Both the position numbers and the translations under genes were made by a program. 64,000 nucleotides of DNA, taken from Terriglobia bacterium. Lineage in GTDB: Bacteria > Acidobacteriota > Terriglobia > 20CM-2-55-15. Of this stretch, positions 29,894 through 40,551 are shown piece by piece (the stretch's first letter is position 1; each line of letters opens with the position of its first letter). The notes below the pieces were generated by a model. It worked only from the letters and a program-made list of their open reading frames with translations, searched no databases and was not told where the DNA came from. The DNA lies in contig CBDCLE010000017.1 of assembly GCA_965218585.1 (NCBI GenBank), positions 32,001 to 96,000 of the forward strand. The letters are read 5' to 3'.

Positions 29894-31309
29894 ATGAAAC
29901 CTAAAGAGGTAGTTGAATTCGCCCGGGAGAAGGGTGTGAAAGTAGTCGACTTACGCTTTGTCGATCTACCCGGCGTCTGGCAGCATTTTTCGATCTCTGT
30001 CTCAGAGCTAGCGGAAGATATTTTCAAGGATGGCCTTGGATTTGATGGATCCAGCATCCGCGGTTTCCAGCAGATTCAAGAGAGCGACATGCTGCTGATC
30101 CCGGACCCGGAGACGGTTTTCATGGATCCCTTCACTGAAGTACCCACCCTGAACATGATCTGCAACGTGAAGGATCCGGTGACGGGTGAATCCTACTCAC
30201 GCGACCCACGCTACATTGCCCAGAAGGCCGAAAAGCACCTTGAAGCGACCGGCGTAGCCGACACCGTTTACATCGGTCCGGAACCGGAGTTTTTCATCCT
30301 CGACGACGTCCGTTACGACCAGGGACCGGGATTTGGGTACTACTTCGTCGATTCCGATGAAGCGTCATGGAATACAGGCCGTCAGGAAAACCCAAACCTG
30401 GGACATAAACCGCGTTACAAGGAAGGCTATTTTCCTGTTTCACCGGTTGATTCTCTTCAGGACGTCCGTACAGAAATGATGCTGACGATGGAAAGCATAG
30501 GCATTCGAGTCGAAGTGCATCACCACGAAGTGGCCACGGCCGGACAGGCCGAAATCGATATGCGATTCGATACGCTCACGCGGATGGGCGACAAACTTCA
30601 GATGTACAAGTACGTCGCCAAGAACGTCGCAAAACGCCGCGGCAAGACTGTGACGTTCATGCCCAAGCCTATCTTCAGCGACAACGGATCCGGCATGCAC
30701 GTCCACCAGAGCCTCTGGAAGAAGGGCAAGAACGTATTCTACGAACCCGGGAACTACGCCGACCTCAGCAAGGAGTGCCAGTACTACATTGGGGGTCTGC
30801 TCAAACATGCCCCTGCCCTGCTGGCATTTGTCGCTCCGACGGTAAACTCATTCCGTCGACTGGTTCCTGGATTCGAGGCTCCGGTCACGCTGATTTACTC
30901 TCAGAGAAACCGAAGCGCCATGGTGCGGATCCCTGCGTACTCCAAGAGTGAGGGCGCCAAAAGACTCGAACTCCGCGTCCCCGATCCGTCGTGCAACGGG
31001 TATCTGGCCTTTGCCGCGATGCTCATGGCAGGTCTGGACGGAATCGAAAACAAGATCATGCCTCCGGATCCGGTCGACAAGGATCTCTACGACCTCGCAC
31101 CGGAAGAAAAGGCTGACCTCAATCAGGTCCCGGGTAGCCTGGACGAAGTGTTAGACGCATTAGAAGCCGATCACGACTGGCTCCTGAAGGGCGACGTCTT
31201 CACCCAGGACGTCATTGACACATGGCTCGCATACAAGCGCGAGAATGAGTTGGATCCGTTGCGGCTGCGGCCCCATCCCTACGAATTCACTCTGTACTAC
31301 GACATCTAG
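29894..31309 (+). CDS. glnA: Glutamine synthetase type I
   Basis: FDGSS, HHEVA, MPKP...GSGMH and NRSA motifs; adenylylation-site motif DLYDL intact. Confidence 0.97.
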   Translation: MKPKEVVEFAREKGVKVVDLRFVDLPGVWQHFSISVSELAEDIFKDGLGFDGSSIRGFQQIQESDMLLIPDPETVFMDPFTEVPTLNMICNVKDPVTGESYSRDPRYIAQKAEKHLEATGVADTVYIGPEPEFFILDDVRYDQGPGFGYYFVDSDEASWNTGRQENPNLGHKPRYKEGYFPVSPVDSLQDVRTEMMLTMESIGIRVEVHHHEVATAGQAEIDMRFDTLTRMGDKLQMYKYVAKNVAKRRGKTVTFMPKPIFSDNGSGMHVHQSLWKKGKNVFYEPGNYADLSKECQYYIGGLLKHAPALLAFVAPTVNSFRRLVPGFEAPVTLIYSQRNRSAMVRIPAYSKSEGAKRLELRVPDPSCNGYLAFAAMLMAGLDGIENKIMPPDPVDKDLYDLAPEEKADLNQVPGSLDEVLDALEADHDWLLKGDVFTQDVIDTWLAYKRENELDPLRLRPHPYEFTLYYDI

Positions 31310-31332
31310 AGATTCCAAGCCCGACCTCAACA

Positions 31333-31368
31333 GCGGTCTGCGTCCCAGGACGCAGACCGTGTTTCTTT
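31333..31368 (+). terminator. Intrinsic terminator-like hairpin between glnA and glnB
   Basis: GCGGTCTGCGTC-CCAG-GACGCAGACCGT followed by GTTTCTTT. Confidence 0.65.
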
Positions 31369-31380
31369 AGAGAAGGAACC

Positions 31381-31713
31381 ATGAAGCTCGTCAAGACCAT
31401 CATCCGTCCAAACAAAGTCGAGGACGTCAAGGATGCCCTGGAGAAGCTCCACATATCGGGGATGACGGTTACAGAAATTCGCGGCCATGGACGCCAGAAA
31501 GGACACACCTCGATTTACAGGGGCGCCGAATACAGCGTAACCCTCCTGCCCAAGATCATGATCGACATCGTCATACCCGATGAACTGGTGGACGACGCGA
31601 TCAAGACAATCATTGAAGCCGCAAGAACCGGAGAGATCGGAGACGGACGGGTTTTTGTGTCGCCCATCGATGAAGGCTACAACATCCGTACAGGCGAGCG
31701 GGACATCAACTAG
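31381..31713 (+). CDS. glnB: Nitrogen regulatory protein PII
   Basis: GHGRQKG, T-loop YRGAEY and TGEIGDG motifs (could equally be called glnK). Confidence 0.9.
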   Translation: MKLVKTIIRPNKVEDVKDALEKLHISGMTVTEIRGHGRQKGHTSIYRGAEYSVTLLPKIMIDIVIPDELVDDAIKTIIEAARTGEIGDGRVFVSPIDEGYNIRTGERDIN

Positions 31714-31753
31714 CAGTCAGCGCACAAGAGGCAAGCAAAACGGCCAAGTTTCT

Positions 31754-31821
31754 AGACACGAGGTTTTCGTGACCCAGAAAACCGGTCTTCGTGAAACTCG
31801 TGCCCTTCGTGCCTTCGTGTT
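31754..31821. repeat. Short (C)TTCGTG tandem-repeat element, partial inverted arm
   Basis: cttcgtg-like units at about 31766, 31788, 31797, 31805 and 31813; left arm gacacgagg. Confidence 0.5.
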
Positions 31822-31863
31822 GAAACACAATTTCGCTGCTCAGTTCGGTTCTTCTTTGGAACC

Positions 31864-34694
31864 TTACCCGGAATAACCATCAAATGCTGCGCGGACACGG
31901 GACGTAACTTCGGCGTAGGTCGCCTTGAAGTCGGAAAGTTCCAGCATTGCTTCGAGCGCTGGAATGTCCTTCTCTTCGATCCGGCTACTCGACAGGCTCG
32001 TCCATAGCCGGAGCATGGATTCGACATCACGGAGAAAGAAGTAGTCCTCGACCAATTCCTTGGAGACACTTGCCTGGGCCAGCACGCGGGCCGTGTTTGG
32101 AATCCGAATACCTTCTCGAATCTGAATAAATTCCGCGAGAAACTCCAGGTCAACAAGGCCACCGCGACCCAGCTTGAGATTGAGCACACCCGGAGCCTCC
32201 CTGGACAGCTCACGTTCCATACGGCCGCGGATGTGCCTCATCTCCTCGATCCCTGCTTTGCCGAATTCAGTTCCGTAGACAAACTCTTCGATCAGCGGAG
32301 TGAGCCCTTCAGCGACTCCCAGATTCCCCGCTACGAATCTGGCTTTCGTCCAGGCCATCCGCTCCCACACCTCGGCTCGGGAATGGAGATATTCTTCGGT
32401 TCTCTTGAGATCCCAGACGAGCGAGCCTTTCCGACCCTCGGGCCTCAATCGTAAATCGATACTGAATTCGCCACTCACACCCTCGACCAGTTCTTCAACC
32501 AACTGGCACGACTCCTCATAGTCACCGTCGAAAAACGCCATCACGTCGAGGTCGGATCTGTAATTCAACTCTTCTTCGCCGAATTTGCCGAGAGCGATCA
32601 GAGCGACCGGGCCGTCGGGGGGAAGCCATCGTGTAATCTGGGTCTCGGCAAAGCTGCTCATCAACAGGCTCGCTCTCTGTCGCTCCAGAACGCCGAACAG
32701 ATACTGAATGCCCACGTAGAACTCGAACATGCGGCGGCTTTCCGTTTCAAACGGCGGACCCAGTGACCGGGACAAGCGCTCCTTGTCGATCACGAACTCG
32801 GCCGTTCCGGGACGTTGGATAAGTGTGTCGGAAAGCCAGTCACTCAACGCAAACAGCCGGGTAAGACGCGGTATCGATTCAGGCGCCTCCAGGAGGGATC
32901 TGAAAAATACTTCGCGGGCACTCATCGAGGAGGTCAACCGTTCGAACCCGGTCAGAACCTTGCCGGGACGTACCAGTCGCGGAGCAGTTTCAAGTAACGC
33001 ACTGATGACGTTCGCCAACATGTTCTTCATCCGGCTTGGCGAATGCCCAAAGGCCGGAGCATCGCGCAATGATTCAAGGATGCTGGCCGCCTGGGGCGCA
33101 TCCTCGAAACCGAGCGAGGCAAGCCACGCCTCCGCAGATTCCGAATCCATCGCCTCGTTGACGAATCTGTGGACCGCAGAACCCGTCTTACCGTCACCTT
33201 CGTCCGGAGTTCGGAAGAGGTCGTTAAACACAGCGTGAACTTCCTGGCGATGTGAATCCAGGTCGGCACCGAACGCTTCGGGAGACATTCGCATCCTTAA
33301 TGCCAGAATGCCAGGCGGTTCAATTCGATTCTGTCGTCGGGAAGAGTGTGGGTCTGACGCTGATCGACGATCTGCAACCTGTGTTCGACGTTTCGCAGGA
33401 ACGCGTATGCGTCACCGAGCTTTCGAGAAACCTCCGATTCGATGAGTCCGGCCTGGTGGAGTTCCTCGAGGGCAGAGAGGGTCCCGGCTCCGCGAATGTC
33501 CGTCATCTCCCCGCCGTAGAGAACCTGCAACGCCTGGATAAAAAACTCGATCTCGCGAATTCCTCCCCAGCCCAGTTTTACATTCGAATCCAGCTCACCG
33601 GATGAGTCCACCTGCTGATCGATTCTGCGCTTGATATCACGGACCTCGTCGATCGCCGCGTAGTCCAGATACTTCCGATATACGAAAGGCTGGACCAACT
33701 CCATGAACGCCTTGCCCAGCTCCGGATCACCTGCGACGGGGCGGGCTTTTACAAGAACCAACCGTTCAAACGTCTCTCCCCAGGATGCATAGTAGGTCTT
33801 GAGCGATTGCATCGACGACGCCAGGGGACCGCGGCTACCGTCGGGCCGAAGGCGCAGATCAACACGATAAAAGGCACCCAGCGCCGTCCTGTCTCCCAGG
33901 TAGTGGTTGACCCTTCTCGCCAGCTTTGTCGCGTCGTTGAAGTGCGCTTCGTCGGAATAGATGTAAATGATGTCGATATCCGAACTGAAGTTGAGCTCCT
34001 CCCCACCGAGCTTCCCTACCCCGACGACCGCAAAGGAAAGATCGGGTTCCTTGAGTTGATCGGTCAGGTCACTGCGCGCTTCATCGATCGCCGTCTGAAC
34101 GATCGCATCGGCCAACCACGAGAGCTCATGCGTTATTTCGGTCACGTTCCCGTGTCCGGCCAGATCCCTGTACCCGATTCTGAGCAGTTCCCTGCGCTGA
34201 AATTCATGGAGCGCAGTGGTGCGGTCGGCTCCAACGGTGGACAAGGAAACCACACGCCGTGCCTCCTCGAAATAAGCCTGCCGGGTCCTGACTTCTTTCA
34301 CCGCGCTGTCCCTTAGCGTTGACAGGTACTCCGGGTGCCGCACCAACACGCCTGCCAGGTAGGATGAACTGCCCAATACCCAGGACAGAAGTTCCATCAA
34401 ATCGGAATCGTCAACCATCCCGGACCAGAAGCGCGCCGGTTCTTCTACTGCACGAACGTATCTATCCAGGTTCGACAGTGCCATGTCGGGATCGACAGCC
34501 GCGCCGAATACAGGAAGCAGGCGTTCGGTAACGGTTTCAACTATCGCCGGATCAATTCCTGACTCCGCCATGTCCTTGAGGTTCTGCCGGGCCTGCTGCG
34601 GTTGTTGGAATCCCAGTGCGGAAAAAAAGCGTTCTAGTTCGGAGGGTTCCAGGGAGTTCGAGCCGAGCAGGTCACGAGGTGCGAAGGTCATCAA
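31864..34694 (-). pseudogene. glnE: Glutamine synthetase adenylyltransferase split into two ORFs by an 8-bp duplication
   Basis: Two NTase motifs (GKLGGEELNFSSDID and GKFGEEELNYRSDLD); AATGCCAG occurs twice at 33299-33314; deleting one copy restores NRLALRMRMSP in a single frame. Confidence 0.88.
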
Positions 34695-34704
34695 GCAATC
34701 TGGA

Positions 34705-36687
34705 CTAAGCGTTCAAGGGTTCAAGGGCATCCCCGATCTTTCCTCTCAGCTGTTCCTGCAGATTGTCTGTAAGAGGGCGGCCATTCCGTGTCAGATAAAA
34801 GACGTCCAACGCCCGGCGGCCTTCGGTCGAAACCAGGGCAATCTCTATGTCGCATTCCAGCTCGGCAATCGCACGGGATACATGGAACAGGAGTCCCACG
34901 TCGTCGTTCGCTACGATTTCCATGATCGTCCGCTTCTCTGAAGTCGGATCAAAGTGGACGGCGACGGGCACCTGGCCCAGGTTATGACGATGAACAACGC
35001 TCGAAGAACGTCTTTCAATCAATTCATCCAGTCTTGCCGTCCCTGTGAGCGCATCGACGATCAGGTCTTCAAGCCTTTCTTTTTCAGAGGGATTTTTCTC
35101 CAACATCGCGTTCGGATCTTCAAATGCAATGAGGTCGAAGACGACACCACGGCTATTGGAAAACGCCTGCGCACGCACGGTGTTCATACCGAACGCTGCC
35201 AAGGCACCTGTGATCCGTGAAAACAAAAACGGAGTATCGGCCGTCATTACGAGAATCTCCCACAGGCCGTCCTTTTGAAACCAGTCGATGACGATGGGAG
35301 TCTTTTCCGAGTACCTCAGATATCCTTCGTAGTAGGCTGCGATTCGCTCCGGGGAAGTGCTCCGGAGAAACTGCTTGGGCAACCCTTCCAGGAACTCATC
35401 CAGTAACGTCGGAGCTACTTCAGGAGACAGAAAATGCATGACCTCGGCGGGGCCTTCAGCCACGCCTGCTTCCTGTCGGTATCGATCTTCTGCAAAATCG
35501 TGTCGTAACCGGTTGAAAGTCTCCAGATAAAGTTGGAACAGCAGGTCCCCTTTCCATGCTGTCCAGACTTCGGGGCTCACGGCCTTCATGTCTGCATACG
35601 TCAGGAGGCACAACATACGCAGATCCTCTTGAGTCCGGACAGTTTCGGCAAATTGAGAAATGACATCCGGATCGCTGATATCCCTGCGCATGATGAGGCT
35701 CGACATCTCCAGATGGTTTTGAATCGCCCAGCGGACACGATCCTGCTGTTGGGACGGCAAATCCAATCGTGTCAGAACCTCTTCAAGCACCTCGACACTG
35801 GAACATGCATGGTCCCCCTCGGGGTGTCTGGACGCCTTCCCAGTATCATGCAGAAGCAGGGACAACAGAAGGAGTTCGGGATCCTCCAACTCGCTCAGAA
35901 TCGAACCCAGGCCCCGCGGCACATCCTGGACGTCGGTACCCTCACTCAATTGTTCGATGTTCCGAACGGCAATCAATGAGTGCTGGTCGACTGTGTATTT
36001 GTGAAAAAAATCCCGTATGACTCGTGAACGAATTTCTTCGAACTCGGGGAAGATCCTGCCCAACAGGCCCACCCGATGCATGAGCTTGAGAACGCGATAG
36101 ATACCGTCACGGTCTTCCATCATTCGGAGAACGGCCCGGCCGTTCTCCCCGGTCGCCAGATCTTCGGACTTACCCTTTGAAAGGGCCCGTCGCACTCGTT
36201 CCATAGAGGACGAATCAAGGCCGAGCTTCTCCCGGTGTATCCGCTCAAACAACGCAACGATGGAACGGGGGTCCTTCAAGGGCCCGATTTCAGCAAGGTT
36301 GTCACGGCGGCCGGAAATTGCATCTTCAAGCGTCTGCGCCTCAGCCGCAAGAGACTCTGCCCTTAGAAAGTATTCGCGCATGAGGTTTTCGGCAGCTTCT
36401 CCCCGCTCCGAATCCTCATACCCCAGTTCGGCAGCGATCTTTTCCTGAAATTCATAGGTGAGAGCGTTCTGATCCCTGCCGGACATGAAATGCAGATAGT
36501 TTCGAATTCGGTGCGGGAACCCGGCCGCATCTTCAAGGCCCGGGCTGGGTTCGATTCCGATGACACGGGCCATCCACAGGGACCAGTGATAGTCGCGGAG
36601 ACCTCCCGGCGAAGTCTTCAGATCCGGTTCCAGCTGGAAGAGGGTTCCACCATATCCCGCCCAGCGTTCAGTCTTCATGTCGACCAG
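34705..36687 (-). pseudogene. glnD: 5'-truncated PII uridylyltransferase (HD domain and two ACT domains remain)
   Basis: LEPDLKTSPGGLRD, HKYTVDQH, LLHDTGK and two ACT domains; the N-terminal GGYGR/DxD nucleotidyltransferase region is absent. Confidence 0.85.
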
Positions 36688-38081
36688 ATACATGTTGTTG
36701 GAACGAATGTTGTCGTCCCATCGAGAAAAGCCGAGGTATTCACCGTACGTCAGACGAAAGCTGTCCGGCCCGGCACCGAGAAGTGGATGGTCCCGGGCAA
36801 TTGAAGTGCAGCGCTCCAAAGCTGGGGACGAGAAACAGAAGCATCCAGGGTGGGTCGGAATTTCGGCCCTCTTCTGTACCAGCGACTGACATCCCCCTCG
36901 CTAAAGCGTTCGGGAATGGTAGCATCCAGTTCAACTTCCACGACGCCGGGATAAACACCCGCAATACTGAATTCCCCGTATCCCCTTTGGCGCAGATCGA
37001 GGTCAAGCAGGTGAAGACCCCTCGACGCGGGTGTCCGAATCCTCGCAGTAACCTCCACCGTTTCACCCGCCTCGATATCGTACGGCAACAGACTCTCTTG
37101 AGATTCCAACTCTACAATTTCTTTCATCCGAACGTCATACCAGTAATGGGAGAGCGTTATGCGCCGTCGCCCACTGGATCTCCAACGTTCCCGACCCGTG
37201 TTGGTGATCCGAACGGGCAGTTCGTACCGAGAATCCGGGTGTAGTGTCAAGACGTTGAAGCGAGGCTCATACACGGCGCCCACAGCACGTTCACCCTCGA
37301 TCGCCCGGAATCGATCTATCAGAAGAGGTTGAAAGAGACTCACAAGAAGGTAGGCCGACACGCCCAGTATTCCCAGCAGAAAGGGCGAATCGTATTGAAC
37401 TCCTTTCTTGTAGGTGGGCTCTCGTCGGGATCGCACCCGCTCAATGACCCACCTGGTCGCCAACACAATGAAAAGCGCCCCAATTGCTCCTCGCGAAAAC
37501 GTGAGTATCAGCGCGGACCACACCAGAAGAGATCCCAGGATGCGCCAGGCTCTCGGGAGCCGAACTGACCAAATCAGCGGGATCGACATGGCAAAATACG
37601 CCGCAGCCGTAGTCGGGTATTCAAACGAACCACTCAGGCGGGTTACTGTCCCGAGAAAGTATTCTCCGGTCCTGAAAAGCTCTGGGAAACCAAACCCAAG
37701 GGAGTCGACGAGACCGTAAGTGGCGGCTACGACGGCGGAGACGCTCCAGACTGCGACCACCTTTTTTCGCGCAGACGATGTCAGCGCGATGGATAGCAAG
37801 ACAAGACCTGCCCCGAATCGCGCTACGACCTTCAAAGAGTTATCGAGCTCATCGGCCAGCAGCGCCGAGGCAACGCAAACCATAAGAAACGCAGCCCCGG
37901 CAATCACCACCTTTCTCTCGAAAAGCATCCGACGCTGTTTCCAGAGTTCAGGAACACTGACAATTGCCAGCGCGACGAAGAGCCACTGCAAAACGCTCAG
38001 GCCAAGGACATCGTACACGGGTTCGAAGGGCAGGAAGGCTACAAGTGTAAGCAGGATGCCTGTGGACGCTCCCTCAGGCAT
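36685..38081 (-). pseudogene. O-antigen ligase/Wzy-like membrane protein, frameshifted and 3'-truncated
   Basis: Multi-TM protein with RLSGSFEYP and LTFSRGA plus an Ig-like insert; HPLLGAGPDSF...NNMYL continues in another frame after about 36800. Confidence 0.75.
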
Positions 38082-39506
38082 GGCTGCGCTTCGTGCGTTC
38101 AGGGTGATTGCGCCGGGACGATACCAGGTCCACACACCATACACCAACTCGAGCGATGACGACTTTCACGCCTTCTACAACAATCTTGTGGTAGGGCCGG
38201 CTCTTTTGCCTCCACATCCGGGCAACAGCAACTTCTTTTACAAGCCATCGGATGGCAAACCAGTAGTACAGGCGGGGGTATTTCCCTTTGAACAACAGCT
38301 TGTTCTGATTGCGCGAAGTCCAGTTATCGTCGACGATCACACGGTCCTGGACACGCTCATAGAACTCCGTTCCCTTGATGGGAAACGCAACTGACGTCCC
38401 AACGACATCCGGACGAGTGTGTTTAAGCAAGTCGATCGTCAGACGAATATCGGCCGTGGTCTCTTCGGGATAACCCAAAAGGATGAAAAAGCCCGACTCC
38501 ATGCCCATTTCTTGCGTGATCCGTGAGGCCTCCCGAACCTGCTCCACCCGAGTCCCCTTCTGCATACTGTCGAGGACCTTCTGCGATCCTGATTCAGCGC
38601 CGTACCAGATGCGGAAGCATCCACTGGCTTTCAGTCCGGCAAGGATTTCGCGATCCACAAGATCCGCTCGACTCAGACACTCGAACCGATGCTGGGCCCC
38701 GCGCCTCTGAACTTCGTCGAAGAACGCGAGGCTCCATTCTCGATTGATGGTCAGAACGTCATCGGAGATCCACATGATGTCAGGGGCATATCGCTCCTTC
38801 AGCATCATCATTTCGTCAACGACGTCTTCGGGCGAGCGTTGGCGGTGAGAGTGGCCAAATACTTCAGCCGAGCACCATGAGCAGTGAAACGGACAGCCGC
38901 GGGCCGTAATCAGCGACACGGCGTCTCGCCATGTTTGGATTTCCAGGCCCGGAAATAGTCTTCCATCCTGAGAACATCGCGGTCCGGCCAGGGCAGGCTG
39001 TCCAGATTAGCGATGGACGGGCGGGGGGGCGTGCGGTAGGGAAATCCGTCCTTGTTGAAAATAATCCCCGGAACCTGTTCCAGATTTTGAAGTCCCTGCT
39101 CCTGAAGTCGTGGGATGAGCTCTTCGAGTGTGTGTTCACCCTCGTTGGTCCCGACGATGTCGACCCCCGCTTCGAAATAGAGCTTGGCCCATTCGGGAGC
39201 GTCTGGGCCTCCAACCAACACGTATTGGACACCAGAGTCCTTGGCCATCCGTGACAGTTTCAGAACGTTGTCCCGCGTGATGATGTTGGTGTAGAGACCT
39301 ACGATTCGCGGCCGCACCTTTTCGAGGGCGCTGGCGAAATCTTCGAAATCCCGAAACGCGCTGTCGAAAACCTCTACTCCAAAACCACTCCGTTTGAGGT
39401 ACGCCGATAGGTACAGGATACCCAACGGTGGATAAGGTTTCATGACTCGCCGCTCGACAACGTCGTACTTCAGAAAATATCCGTGTCCCAGGAGAATGTC
39501 GGTCAC
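38074..39506 (-). pseudogene. B12-binding radical SAM enzyme, frameshifted
   Basis: YPPLGILYL and VGGP (B12 domain) in ORF 38910-39506; RGCPFHCSWC and GAESGS in ORF 38074-38919; one base missing near 38920. Confidence 0.82.
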
Positions 39507-39530
39507 CGCGTCGCTCCTATCGAAGCTGGT

Positions 39531-40245
39531 CTAAAAACCCTCAAGTTCCGGTTGTCTGTATCGAAACAATCGATTGGCAACGAATCGAAGTTCGTATGGC
39601 GCTCGGTAAAAACGCGTCCGATAGCGCCAGGCGCCCAGCGCTTTCATAGCCACTGCCTGCCAGGCTTTTAGTTTGATATCCGATATCGTGGGATACCTCG
39701 CGTTGAGCACTATCTCGAAGTTCTGAATCCGCCTCAGGTGTGATGTTTTCAGCCAGGGCGTTGATGGACTTTTTCTCAGATCAAACTCTTTCCATTCCGG
39801 ATCCATCCACTCCTCTAGCCGGGATGGGAAGCTGAAACCGTATTCTTGCGCCATCTGAAATAATCCAGCATCGTCAAAATGCACGGGGGAATAGACATAG
39901 ATGACGATTTCTGCACTCGGATTCACTTTCTTGATTTTCCGGATATACCGAATGTCACGATCGATCTGGGCATCCACGTCGGCGCCCGGAGTTCCCAGCA
40001 CGAATGAAAACTCCGGCACGACACCAAACTTCCCTGCCCGATCCGCGAGTTCAAGCACCATCTCCGGAGTCTGCGTGCCACCTTTATTCATGTTTTCCAA
40101 GACGTCGGAAGAACTCGACTCGACGCCGAAAAACACCATCTGAAGACCGCTTCGCGACATCTGGCGCCACGTTCTGTCGGTAAACCCCATCATGGTGTCG
40201 GGGCGCGCTTCCCCCCACCACTTTAATCCTGAACCTGACAAGCGT
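39531..40245 (-). pseudogene. C-terminal fragment of a second B12-radical SAM enzyme
   Basis: WWGEARPD, FFGVESSS and PEFSFVLG motifs; no B12 domain or CxxxCxxC upstream. Confidence 0.72.
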
Positions 40246-40492
40246 TTCGACGAATCCTCCAGATTGGCCTGTTGCTCCGGGCATTGAAGGGCAGATCGAG
40301 GTCTCCGGAACCAAACCGTTCAGCCTCGCGAATCCGCTCGAACACTTCAACGAAATTCGAATACTGTGACTCCTGCCCGGGAGTCATGAGATCCAATATA
40401 CCGTCTGAATGTTTTGGACAGAATCCACAACCGCAGGCCGCATGACCGATGAGGGGTTTCCGACAGGAAGGACAACTTACGTTTACCTTCAT
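40246..40492 (-). pseudogene. N-terminal fragment of a Zn-ribbon (Trm112-like) methyltransferase-type gene
   Basis: CPSC...CGCGF...DGILDL; the frame stops soon after the junction with the radical SAM fragment. Confidence 0.5.
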
Positions 40493-40551
40493 GACGATTT
40501 ACCTTCACCCACCCACGTGTCCGGTAACGTCACGCATTCGGGGCAGGACGA

